From an uncultured bacterium (GTDB lineage: Bacteria; Krumholzibacteriota; Krumholzibacteriia; Krumholzibacteriales; WJIX01): a DNA stretch of 59,392 nucleotides. The notes beneath the pieces were generated by a model. It saw only the letters and a program-made list of their open reading frames with translations, searched no databases and was not told the DNA's origin. Each line of letters opens with the position of its first letter. Within the stretch, counting starts at the first letter, position 1. The stretch spans positions 1 to 59,392 of the forward strand of contig CAZKNG010000005.1 in NCBI GenBank assembly GCA_964554125.1, given 5' to 3'. Below are positions 10,772-19,808 of the stretch, piece after piece. Made by a program: the position numbers and the translations under genes.

Positions 10772-11587
10772 TTATACAGCGTAATAGAAAGCTATAATTC
10801 CAAAAAATAGTCCAATCTTCAGAAGTAAACTGATAAGTCCAGGGCGTTTCGCCCTATATGCCAGCAGAAAAGATAGTATAAGTATAGGTATTATCGAAAA
10901 GCTAATTATAAAAAGATAAACTTTGGTGTAAATCCCTGTAAAAAAAGGGATAGGAAAAGAAATTATTAGAAGCAGAAAAATAACAGCCGCAATTCTCATA
11001 GCTTTTTTCTTCCCGATAATAATCGCGATTGTCTTTGATCCAAAGAAATAATCGCCTTCTATATCCTCACAATCTTTAACGATCTCTCTTCCAAAAATAA
11101 ACAGGAAGGCAAATAACGAAGGAATTACACCCGCTTCAATGTTGCCACCGCAGTAGGAACCCAGCAGAAATCCCGATCCTGTGACAGATGACACAACAAA
11201 ATTTCCGATCATATATCGACGTTTAAAAATACCCGAATACAGATGGAGCAGAACAACCCAGATAATTATCCAGATTACTACTTCCTGTTTAAAATCGGTT
11301 AAAATAAAACTGAGAAATGCCAGAAGAATAACATACAGGTAAAGAGCCTGCCTTCTAGACAATATACCAGAAGGAAGAGGCCTGTTAGGACGATTGACCC
11401 TGTCGATATCAATATCGTAATAATCATTTATTACGTTGCCCGCGGCTGTTGTTAATCCCACGGCAGTGAGAAGCATCAGCGGGAACAGTTCACCCCCGCC
11501 AATTGAGAAGCCCGCGGCAACAGCCATGACCGCCGCGGCGATGTTATGTAATCTGAATATAGAAAAGAGACTCAGAATTTTTCTCAT
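10772..11587 (-). CDS. UbiA-superfamily prenyltransferase, geranylgeranylglycerol-phosphate geranylgeranyltransferase (DGGGP synthase)-like
   Basis: AAGNVINDYYDIDIDRVNRPNRPLPSG and REIVKDCEDIEGD Asp-rich motifs; multiple TM helices. Confidence 0.8.
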   Translation of the reverse strand: MRKILSLFSIFRLHNIAAAVMAVAAGFSIGGGELFPLMLLTAVGLTTAAGNVINDYYDIDIDRVNRPNRPLPSGILSRRQALYLYVILLAFLSFILTDFKQEVVIWIIIWVVLLHLYSGIFKRRYMIGNFVVSSVTGSGFLLGSYCGGNIEAGVIPSLFAFLFIFGREIVKDCEDIEGDYFFGSKTIAIIIGKKKAMRIAAVIFLLLIISFPIPFFTGIYTKVYLFIISFSIIPILILSFLLAYRAKRPGLISLLLKIGLFFGIIAFYYAV

Positions 11588-13143
11588 TAGATATCCAACA
11601 ATAATTTAAGATAAGCAAACCCTTCAGAATCGGAAAGGTCAGCATCGAGCCACCTCATTCCCGTCCCCGCGTAAAGAATAGATCCACCTGTAAAATCAAA
11701 TGAAGCTGAAACTGATAATTCTTTCTCCTCAGTTACAAGTCCGCTCGGAAAGGGCAGATCAGGTTCATGTTCCTGCGGGCTCCAGGAACGCAAATCATTA
11801 CCCTCTCCGTACCTGCTGTCACTCCCGTTTAAATCCATAACTCTATTCGGACTGAGAGCGGCCGAAAAACGAAATCTCCACCTGTCGGCATCGGGCCCCA
11901 GATAAGAACCGATAATCCTGTCCTTATCCGTATCACCGCCACCCGTTATGTACCCGGTAAGAGAACCTGTGTGGGAATATGTATAAATATCTATATATGT
12001 GTAATCAAATAACGCCTCGATATCGTGTCCACCAGCCGTAAGAAGTGCTTCAGCGGTCAAATTCAACGCGATCTTGTCTGGAGCCGTTTCCCTGTTCTCA
12101 TACTGAAAATCATCAACAAGAAATTCGCCGTAAAAGAGCAGGCCTCTGCAAGCCGGAATCTTCCAGTCAATACCCCACAAAATATTATTATACTCATTTT
12201 CATTCTCATTATATTGATTGGCGTAGTATGACCCGGCCGGCAGCAGATAGGCAAAATCCAGCCCCCTGCCGGAATATACAACCGTCTCGCTTATTCCAAT
12301 GTATATATCTCCCGGAAGCTTGACAGACAGCCTGTGCCCCGCGAGTTTCCTCGGACTAACCGCGTCCGAATCAAGGATAGAATGAAGCAAACTCAGTTTA
12401 AAGATCCCCAGCTCCATGTATGCGCTCAGATGGTCCAGAGGTCCGGCGCCGGATGAAAGAATCAGACCGTCATCCCTGCTGTTGCCCCAGTGAATGTAAT
12501 CACGCCCCATAATAATACCCCACCAATTACGATGCACTGAAATATAACCTCTTTCAAACTCAGAGGTTAATCCCCTGAAACTCTTCTCCCTGGCACTCAC
12601 TTTCCTATGTGTGACATTATTATTCCATTCGGGGCGCAATCTTAATTTATAAACCGTTTCATATGTAAACCCGCCTCCGGAATCAATCAGAATATCCGGT
12701 GAAAGAAGTCCGTCGAGTTCACCCTTCTTATATTCTATTCTTTTTCTAAAAGAGAGGCCGGCGCCCATATCAAAACTCAAAAATCTTCTTCCCTTCTGGT
12801 ATAACCACACGGGGCTGTCTTCCCGGTCGCGGGGCCTGTGAGACCTCCCCTGAAACTCCTGCCTCAACCGCCTCAGTAAAAAGTTCTGTCTCGGGCTCAG
12901 TCTGGTGTCGGCATCTTTTAAATTCTGCAATATTCTATCCAGATAGAATTCGATCATTTTCCGTGAATAAGGTATTTCCGGTGAGAGATGAATTAACCCT
13001 TTAAGTTCAAATGTCCGAAGAGCGGAATAAACCCAGCTTTCGGGGCTGATATTTTCGTCGGAACCGCTCAGCTTCAAGGGAGAGATGACAAAAAAACACC
13101 CGAGGAGCAAAAACAGCAAACCAGATTTAAAGCGAAATTTCAC
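11587..13143 (-). CDS. Capsule assembly Wzi-family outer-membrane protein
   Basis: Signal peptide; N-terminal W-x-Y..L..F...GLI...P.SR; GRDYIHWG, LILS, GHRL, ISETVVY and YGEFLVDD motifs; TAATG overlap with the UbiA gene. Confidence 0.75.
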   Translation of the reverse strand: MKFRFKSGLLFLLLGCFFVISPLKLSGSDENISPESWVYSALRTFELKGLIHLSPEIPYSRKMIEFYLDRILQNLKDADTRLSPRQNFLLRRLRQEFQGRSHRPRDREDSPVWLYQKGRRFLSFDMGAGLSFRKRIEYKKGELDGLLSPDILIDSGGGFTYETVYKLRLRPEWNNNVTHRKVSAREKSFRGLTSEFERGYISVHRNWWGIIMGRDYIHWGNSRDDGLILSSGAGPLDHLSAYMELGIFKLSLLHSILDSDAVSPRKLAGHRLSVKLPGDIYIGISETVVYSGRGLDFAYLLPAGSYYANQYNENENEYNNILWGIDWKIPACRGLLFYGEFLVDDFQYENRETAPDKIALNLTAEALLTAGGHDIEALFDYTYIDIYTYSHTGSLTGYITGGGDTDKDRIIGSYLGPDADRWRFRFSAALSPNRVMDLNGSDSRYGEGNDLRSWSPQEHEPDLPFPSGLVTEEKELSVSASFDFTGGSILYAGTGMRWLDADLSDSEGFAYLKLLLDI

Positions 13144-14303
13144 TCGAGAATTCCTCTTTTTATCGATTTCTGCCTCACTTCCCTTCCACTGGCCGCTTTT
13201 TTATAACACTCACGGGCTTTCCCCGTATATCCCTGTTTTTCATATGTTACAGCAAGACTGAAATAGGCTTTCCTGTCATGGGGGTTTATATTGACAACTT
13301 CTTTATAATATCCAAGTGCTTCTTCGGAACGCTCCAGGTTGTTAAAACATTCCCCCACGTAAAACAGTATTTTAGCGTTTCCGGGATTCAACTCAGAAGC
13401 ACGCCGGAGATAATTCAACGCCTTCCCATAGAGGCCCTTGCGATAGTATAAATATCCTATATAGAAAAAAGCATTAACATTATCCGGTTCGAGCTTTAAG
13501 ATTTTTTTAAATTCCTCCATCGCCTCTTCATAATGACCTTCATTAACAAGTGCCATTCCAAGGTTGTAACGTCCTTCAACACAGGTTGGTGAAAGTTCAA
13601 GACCTACACGGAATTCATTAATAGCCTGCTGCTTGTTTCCGTCATCCCCGAAGAGAGCACCGAGATTAAAATGAGCCTCCGCGCTCTTTGGATTGTGCTG
13701 GACTGCCTTCAGGAATTGCTGCATGGCAACATCCTGCCTGCCGTGCATATCGAGTATATAGCCAAGATTTGTATATGATTTAGAATGAGTAGGATCAAGT
13801 GTAATTGCCTGTCTATAGCACTTTTCAGCTTCTTCGTACTGATGGTTTTTTGTATATGCCACTCCTAACCTGAAATAACACTCCGGATTGCCGGGTTCAG
13901 CGGATATAGCTTCACGATGCAATCTTATAGCGTCTGATAACTTGCCCTCAATCTCATGAATTTTACCCATACAATAAATCGGGTAGGCGTTCGTTTTATC
14001 TCTGTTTCTTAATTCCAAGTAACCCTTATAAGCCAACTCGTAATTACCGATTTCCTGAAGAAGATCAGATACCTTTGACAGATCTGATTCGCTTATATCC
14101 GGGTGTGATATAAGGTTCACGAATAATTCTTCAGCTTCACCCCTTTTTTTTCTTTCGAGTAGTTCTTCGGCAAAGGAAAGTATTTCTTCAGGTGTTGTTT
14201 TTCCCTCAACCGGTTTCTTTTCAGTCGCGGAATATTTATTTCTCTTGCTTTGCTTCTCAGTTCCCCGGGCAAGCTCAAGCAATTTCTCCCAACGCAGCTT
14301 CAT
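13140..14303 (-). CDS. Tetratricopeptide-repeat protein (about 8-9 TPRs); start reassigned to ATG 14303
   Basis: Repeated A/C-Y-x-x-LG...A...P motifs (ECYFRLGVAY, SYTNLGYIL, AHFNLGALF, GRYNLGMAL); GGGGG SD before ATG 14303. Confidence 0.88.
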   Translation of the reverse strand: MKLRWEKLLELARGTEKQSKRNKYSATEKKPVEGKTTPEEILSFAEELLERKKRGEAEELFVNLISHPDISESDLSKVSDLLQEIGNYELAYKGYLELRNRDKTNAYPIYCMGKIHEIEGKLSDAIRLHREAISAEPGNPECYFRLGVAYTKNHQYEEAEKCYRQAITLDPTHSKSYTNLGYILDMHGRQDVAMQQFLKAVQHNPKSAEAHFNLGALFGDDGNKQQAINEFRVGLELSPTCVEGRYNLGMALVNEGHYEEAMEEFKKILKLEPDNVNAFFYIGYLYYRKGLYGKALNYLRRASELNPGNAKILFYVGECFNNLERSEEALGYYKEVVNINPHDRKAYFSLAVTYEKQGYTGKARECYKKAASGREVRQKSIKRGILE

Positions 14304-14537
14304 GGCACCCCCCAATCGGGAAATCATATTGACACGCGGCACATATCTATCCGAAAACTAAAGCAGATACACAACAACTGTCAAGTCTATTTATCCTTGT
14401 TTTTCCGGAAAAAACAGACAAGAATTTGCCGGAACAAAGATCTTCTTTTTCAATAAAATATACGCTTATAAAATAAGGGGAGATCAGATTATTCCTGCTT
14501 AAAATTATCTAAATTATCATTAGTTAAAATCTGGGGC

Positions 14538-14555
14538 GGGTTTTCACAAAAACCC
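14538..14555 (-). terminator. Possible intrinsic terminator downstream of the FISUMP gene
   Basis: GGGTTTT-TGTG-AAAACCC perfect 7-bp hairpin 11 nt after the stop; weak U-tract. Confidence 0.4.
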
Positions 14556-14566
14556 TGGCATTTAAT

Positions 14567-15616
14567 TCAATCTTTTACACAACGTACCGAAAAACCGGAA
14601 TTCTTAACTCTACCGGTACGCGTAATATATCCATCAGATGAACTCAGCATTCTACTATATGCGGCATTTTCACTTATCGATCTAGTAACCCAGAAAAGAG
14701 CCGAGTTGTAGATACTCGAATAATCACCTTCAGGTCCCCGGTAACCTCCCGGTAAAGCTGTAAAACCGCTTTCGTTAGTAGCTGCAGTGTTGGGAGTTGC
14801 CCAATTTTCAGTTCCGGCTTCCTTCAGTTTGCCCCCTTCATCCGTTCCGCGATATCCTGTATCTCCAGCCTCTGAAGGGTCCATGCCGATAAAGATTTCC
14901 AGTTCCTGCCATTCCTCGTCGCTAGCCACATGCCAGCCCTCGGGGGCTAATCCGCGGCTGTCATTTACAGCAAACCAGTTGTACAGTTTCCCGTAAGTAC
15001 CTACGTAACTTTCATTATTGCCGTAATTACAGCACGCGCCACCTGCCAGACCATCCCATTCCGCTGCGTCTTCTACTTCAGCTATCGAATCCCCGTTCAG
15101 GTAATGGGTTACTTTAAGATTCTCTGTCATCCACCACTGATCTCCAATTCTTCTTGTTTCATAAATGTTGCCGTCAATATCGGTCACCGTACCGAATACT
15201 GTAGTAGAAAACTCCTTTGTGTCTCCGTAACCCGTTCCAGCGCTGTTTACTGCATACGCCCTTATATAATATTGGGTTTCAGCTGTCAGCCCTGTTATTT
15301 CACTGGTAAAACTGCCTGTCCCCGTCCCGTCGTTTGTCGTACTATCCTCCAGGGAGGGGAGCTCGTCAACACTCCAGCATACTCCCCGCACCGTAACACT
15401 TGCTCCTCCGCTGGAGGTAATAATTCCTCCGCATTTCGCGGTAGTACCTGTTATATCAGTAACTTCAGCAGTGGTCAATTCAGGAACTGAATTAGACGGT
15501 TCAGTACTGTCCTCAGAACAACTGAATAAAATAGATGCCGCGGCAGAAAGAAGTACAGTTTTGACAAAGATCCTGCCGGTTAACTGATCTCTTATAAAAT
15601 GTTTATACATTATCAT
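14567..15616 (-). CDS. Lipoprotein with an Ig/FN3-like domain and a Fibrobacter succinogenes major paralogous (FISUMP) domain
   Basis: Lipobox ILFS-C; ARGVCWS-like Ig module; TVTDIDGNIY, IGDQWWMTENL, YGKLYNWFAV, GWHVASDEEW, FTALPGGYR, GFSVRCVKD. Confidence 0.9.
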   Translation of the reverse strand: MIMYKHFIRDQLTGRIFVKTVLLSAAASILFSCSEDSTEPSNSVPELTTAEVTDITGTTAKCGGIITSSGGASVTVRGVCWSVDELPSLEDSTTNDGTGTGSFTSEITGLTAETQYYIRAYAVNSAGTGYGDTKEFSTTVFGTVTDIDGNIYETRRIGDQWWMTENLKVTHYLNGDSIAEVEDAAEWDGLAGGACCNYGNNESYVGTYGKLYNWFAVNDSRGLAPEGWHVASDEEWQELEIFIGMDPSEAGDTGYRGTDEGGKLKEAGTENWATPNTAATNESGFTALPGGYRGPEGDYSSIYNSALFWVTRSISENAAYSRMLSSSDGYITRTGRVKNSGFSVRCVKD

Positions 15617-15915
15617 ACCCTTTCATAATCAGATTCTTTGATTGTCTTTTAAAAACTGCCTGGAATTACAGGAATTCAACCATCTGAATATTATGAACTT
15701 TTATATATAATCTTCAGCCGCATAAAATTTCTACACCTGTCTTACCAGTTTACCGCAATAAGGGAATAAATCAAATACTCTTCTCTGTGATAAACCGGCC
15801 CGGGACAAGAAACCAATCCCAATAAGCCTACTTAAACACCGGCATTTACAATTACGGGCGCCTTGTTTTTAAGGGAGATTTCTAAGATATTCTTATTATA
15901 AAATGAATCCCGCAA

Positions 15916-16353
15916 CTATCTCCACCTGCTGTATCTATATCCGTAAAGCGATCTATACTGACGAAACTGCAGCCGCAGCTTAAAATTACTGCCCGGAGGA
16001 TCGTATGTAAGGTCAATATTCGGGATAAAAACTTCAGGGGAAGTCCTCTGCGAATGTTGGGCAAAAACAGAACGTACACCGACATCAAGATTCAAATCCC
16101 ATGATTGACCAAACCCGTAGTTGAAATGACCCATATAGTAACCCATACTTTGAGATTGATTCCCGTTTGAAGCGAATGAAACACCCATCGAACTCTTGAA
16201 ATCAAGACCCGGTATACAGACAGACCCCTCTGTTACGGCATTATTAAGATAATCGGAAAAAACACTTGGCTGTGTATCTCTATTCTGTGCATTAGTCTGC
16301 GCTGAGAATAAACTAATCAGAAATGGAAGAATTAACAGTGACCGAATCTTCAC
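15916..16353 (-). CDS. Hypothetical exported protein (beta-rich)
   Basis: 145-aa ORF with a signal peptide (MKIRSLLILPFLISLFSAQTNA), 7 nt downstream of the response regulator stop. Confidence 0.7.
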   Translation of the reverse strand: MKIRSLLILPFLISLFSAQTNAQNRDTQPSVFSDYLNNAVTEGSVCIPGLDFKSSMGVSFASNGNQSQSMGYYMGHFNYGFGQSWDLNLDVGVRSVFAQHSQRTSPEVFIPNIDLTYDPPGSNFKLRLQFRQYRSLYGYRYSRWR

Positions 16354-16360
16354 AGCAGAC

Positions 16361-16720
16361 TCATTTCTGTTTCCGGAGTAATTCTTTTACCTTCTCTTTC
16401 AGGGGCTCGAAATCAACAGATTTAACTATATATGCGTCGGCAGCCCAGGTTTTGAAATTCTCTTTATATACAGAATACGCGGAATTTATTATTACCGGAA
16501 TATCTTTGCGCCTTTCTACGATTTGTACAAGCGCGTCGATTCCACTCTCATTCTCAAGCTTTATATCGAGAATAATAAGATCGGGTGGATCTTTTTCCAC
16601 TGAATCAATAGCACCCTTTACATCGCCAACGCAATCTACCTCATACCCTTCATTCTCAAATTCCTCTTTGTAGAGTTTCCTTACATTAATTTCATCATCT
16701 ACAACAAGTATTCTAGACAT
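16361..16720 (-). CDS. Single-domain CheY-like response regulator
   Basis: ILVVDDE, PDLIILD (phospho-acceptor Asp present), PVIINSAY, AYIVKS; GGGTGAGG SD. Confidence 0.95.
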   Translation of the reverse strand: MSRILVVDDEINVRKLYKEEFENEGYEVDCVGDVKGAIDSVEKDPPDLIILDIKLENESGIDALVQIVERRKDIPVIINSAYSVYKENFKTWAADAYIVKSVDFEPLKEKVKELLRKQK

Positions 16721-16824
16721 ACCTCACCCTTCTATACTCCATTAACACTCTTCTCCCCCAACTGAATAGTTGTATTAAATCATTAAATGGTCAAGTGTTT
16801 TTTTGTGATTTTTTACTGGAAATT

Positions 16825-17943
16825 CTACTCAATTGATAAGTCAACAATTATCTGCATCTTTGAAAGGTTTTCTATATCAACTTTTGATAGTTTAACCGGT
16901 ATTCTTACTGTATTTTCAGTTTCATGTAACTCAGGGGTTTCTTCGCCGTCCTTCTCCTCACCTGTTGACTCCTGTCCCAGCTGAGCAAGTCTTTCGAGTG
17001 GATCATTTATAAACTCCGTGGCTACAGAATTCCCCGCTTCCTCACTTCTCTCCTCAGGTTTATTATTGCTGTCATCAGGGAAATCTACAACACGACCATA
17101 ATTTCCATATTCACCTGCTGAAGGTTCAAACTCAACGCTTTCTTCATTCTCGCTGAGGACATTATCCACAAACTCAGAGACAGACTCATGCTCCTCTTTT
17201 TTCTCCTCTGCGCTATTATTTAAAGACTCGCTTTCGTCCGCCTCTGAGCTGATATCATCCAACTTCGTATTGGGCACAACCTCGGCTTCAACATCTGTCT
17301 TTTCTTCTTTATTTTCAGTATCATGAGTTTCACTAGAGCTGCTGGATCTATTACCCGGTATATCTTTCTCTATACTTCTCATGACCAGCCCTACTATCGA
17401 TTCGAATGTCTCATATACCCCTGTTCCTTTCGTGGCAATTGCTCCGAAAGAGTTTTTATGAGATTTGTTTAATTTTTCATCCATTATCTCTTTGTTTAAA
17501 GCTCCGCCGATATCCTGTTTGTTATATTGAAGAACCCAGGGTATCTCATCAAGATTTTTGCCCGTTTGACGAAGATTTTCTTCCAGATTGGCCAAACTTT
17601 CCATATTGTCGTCCATCTTGCCCGGAGAGGAATCCGCGACGAATACTATCGCGTCTACACCTTTTAGAACAAGTTTGCGGGTTGCATTGTAGAATACCTG
17701 GCCCGGCACTGTGTATATAAGGCACTTGACCGATATATTGTTAAGATGTTCAATTTTCATCGGCAGGAAGTCGAAAAACAGGGTACGGTCGGTTCTGGTC
17801 TTCATGGAAACCATTTTACCCTTGTTTTCTCCGGGCAATTTCGAGTATATGTGTTCCAGGTTTGTTGTTTTTCCGCTTAATCCGGGACCATAATAAACGA
17901 TCTTAACGGTTACTTCTTCATCTTTCCTGTTATAAACAGCCAT
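16825..17943 (-). CDS. MglA-family small Ras-like GTPase with a long acidic C-terminal extension
   Basis: KIVYYGPGLSGKTTNL, TDRTLFFDF, YTVPGQVFY, LVLKGVDAIVFVADS and QYNKQD match the myxobacterial MglA signature; followed by about 175 aa of E/D/S-rich tail. Confidence 0.93.
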   Translation of the reverse strand: MAVYNRKDEEVTVKIVYYGPGLSGKTTNLEHIYSKLPGENKGKMVSMKTRTDRTLFFDFLPMKIEHLNNISVKCLIYTVPGQVFYNATRKLVLKGVDAIVFVADSSPGKMDDNMESLANLEENLRQTGKNLDEIPWVLQYNKQDIGGALNKEIMDEKLNKSHKNSFGAIATKGTGVYETFESIVGLVMRSIEKDIPGNRSSSSSETHDTENKEEKTDVEAEVVPNTKLDDISSEADESESLNNSAEEKKEEHESVSEFVDNVLSENEESVEFEPSAGEYGNYGRVVDFPDDSNNKPEERSEEAGNSVATEFINDPLERLAQLGQESTGEEKDGEETPELHETENTVRIPVKLSKVDIENLSKMQIIVDLSIE

Positions 17944-18088
17944 AATAATAGATCCTTTAGGTGCTTAGCAGATACTGATCTCCGCTTTTATAAATTCTCC
18001 AGACTGCCGAATTATAACCGCGGCATTTATACTTTTCCTGTCAAAGCTGTCTGATTCACAATAAAAATTACACTCACGGTTTTAATAA

Positions 18089-18105
18089 GGCAAATAACAT
18101 GCCAG
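18089..18105 (-). promoter_or_regulatory. Sigma54 (-24/-12) promoter upstream of the MglA-like gene
   Basis: CTGGCATGTTATTTGCC versus consensus YTGGCACGNNNNTTGCW; AT-rich region upstream contains an IHF-like site TAACAATAAGTTG (18140-18152). Confidence 0.65.
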
Positions 18106-18272
18106 TAGAGTGTTTTAATTATTTATATAAGTTATTATATAACAATAAGTTGCGATGCTTGTTTTCGGTTTCGTCCAGGGTGATTCAGCAAATGGAAGGG
18201 AGATCTCTTAAAATGCAAACAATAATGATAATAAGGCCTGAGCCACGAACTATATTTTATAAGTACAAATAA

Positions 18273-18310
18273 ATATATGCAACGCTAACCTCCGTCAGCG
18301 TTGCATATAT
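18273..18310 (-). terminator. Intrinsic terminator after the PPC-domain lipoprotein gene
   Basis: Perfect 14-bp inverted repeat ATATATGCAACGCT/AGCGTTGCATATAT; on the minus strand it extends by GAC-GGAG-GTT and is followed by TTATTT. Confidence 0.75.
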
Positions 18311-18335
18311 AGATAGTTCAGATCACTGAAGCTTT

Positions 18336-19118
18336 TTATGGAGAATACGTTCTCCACAACAGGTCATACTCATTACCAGAGTCATCTCCATATACCCTGA
18401 TATAGTAAGTTCCGCTCGATGTAACAGGACAACTTATGAACTCATCGTCTGAGGTCACTGTTGAGGAATCAGAATAACAGATGACATTATCCGGAGAATC
18501 ATAAAGTTCTATATCTATATCTCCTTTATAATGGGTAAATTCACAAGTAACTTCAACCAGAGTATCCCCTGAAGCTACATATATCTCGTACCAGTCATCA
18601 TCGAACTGTAATCCATAACCATCTATCAATTCCAGCCTTCTACCTTCATCCTCAGTAAAATCATATGCCGCACTGTAGCTGTCATTCTCTTCATATTCGT
18701 CGTCAATCCAGGGTACAGAATCAAGCATAGCGCTGTCACAATCGAGTTGTACCGTAGGAGCACGATCAGCTTCTGCCTCGATCTCCTTTTCCCATTGTAT
18801 AAGGACTTTGCAAATAGGATTTTCTTCATCATCAAAAACTATAACACCGCCGTTGCTTTTAGCTGAAAGATGGTGCGTTCCCGGAGACAGGTTCAATAAA
18901 GCGGGTTCATCTGAGGAGATCATTCCAAGGGGAACTGGGTCATGATCAATGTGAATATATAATCCGATTGGATAACAATTTACTCCTTTAAGAACAACAT
19001 AGCCGCCGGCATTTTCATCTCCCAGCTCGGTTGCATAAGGATTTATTTTCATCACTGAGTCTTCCTCGCATCCCAAAAGAAAAACTAACCCTACAAATAA
19101 TAATACAATTCGCCTCAT
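18336..19118 (-). CDS. Lipoprotein with a C-terminal bacterial pre-peptidase (PPC) domain; start reassigned to ATG 19118
   Basis: MRRIVLLFVGLVFLLG-C lipobox with GGAGG SD; DEYEENDS, DDDWYEI, GDIDIELYD and GTYYIRVYG PPC motifs. Confidence 0.8.
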   Translation of the reverse strand: MRRIVLLFVGLVFLLGCEEDSVMKINPYATELGDENAGGYVVLKGVNCYPIGLYIHIDHDPVPLGMISSDEPALLNLSPGTHHLSAKSNGGVIVFDDEENPICKVLIQWEKEIEAEADRAPTVQLDCDSAMLDSVPWIDDEYEENDSYSAAYDFTEDEGRRLELIDGYGLQFDDDWYEIYVASGDTLVEVTCEFTHYKGDIDIELYDSPDNVICYSDSSTVTSDDEFISCPVTSSGTYYIRVYGDDSGNEYDLLWRTYSP

Positions 19119-19241
19119 TACAACCTCCATATGAACCAAGTATCTGAATCTCCAGTATATGGTCAATATTATATCACATCTATAAATTAATGAATCGGGA
19201 TGGAACATACAAACAAAAAATTTACATTATAGAGGGGGTTT

Positions 19242-19652
19242 CTACAATTTCTTGCCGCACCATGGACAATATCTGTAACTTTTGCTGAACCTCTTTCCGC
19301 ATTCACACTCAAAAAGGGAATCTTCCGAAGACGAAAAGGTTTTAACCGGATTATTCCTGAGTAGATAGAGGTGATCATATAATGTCGATGCTTTTGGGAG
19401 TACAAATTGATAATCCTTGTCAGCTACAGTTACGATTACAGCCGGGTGCAGATTTCCTCCGGCTATTCTTACAGAAGATATCGTACAAACATCCAAAGAA
19501 ACATTCTTCATTCCGAAGGAGGAATCCAGCGCTGAAACTTGAAAATTAAGGTTTCTGTCAGTTAACTCCAGAATTCCCCTTGCGGCAACCAGACTGGTAA
19601 CGTAATAAATCGCTTTTTGCATAAAAATTGTTTTTTCATCACAAAGCTGCAT
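19242..19652 (-). CDS. Hypothetical protein, PH/GRAM-like domain plus C-terminal zinc ribbon
   Basis: RGILELTDRNLNF, a beta-rich PH-like pattern, and C-terminal CECG...YCPWCGKKL; AGAGGGG SD. Confidence 0.65.
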   Translation of the reverse strand: MQLCDEKTIFMQKAIYYVTSLVAARGILELTDRNLNFQVSALDSSFGMKNVSLDVCTISSVRIAGGNLHPAVIVTVADKDYQFVLPKASTLYDHLYLLRNNPVKTFSSSEDSLFECECGKRFSKSYRYCPWCGKKL

Positions 19653-19687
19653 TGATCCCCTCTTCCGCTTAATACTGAATTAGATAA

Positions 19688-19703
19688 AGCCAGAAGTATG
19701 CCA
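19688..19703 (-). promoter_or_regulatory. Candidate sigma54 promoter for the PH/zinc-ribbon gene
   Basis: TGGCATACTTCTGGCT: TGGCA at -24 and GC at -12 with GG-N10-GC spacing, about 35 nt upstream of the ATG. Confidence 0.45.
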
Positions 19704-19808
19704 TTTATAGCATTATACTCAAAATATTTTCTAAAAGTGGATTTTATGTCAATTGATCAGTGGTGATATTATTCGAACGGCATTATATCCCGGTTCGAGA
19801 TTGTTATC

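Noticed and set aside
14355-14384. TTGACA-18-TAGTTT candidate promoter upstream of the TPR-wzi operon
   Set aside because: The -10 match is poor and the spacer is suboptimal.
18011-18044. Perfect TTGACA and TATAAT hexamers on the minus strand upstream of the MglA-like gene
   Set aside because: The spacer is 22 nt, too long for a sigma70 promoter and beyond the 19-20 nt of MerR-type promoters; the sigma54 site fits better.
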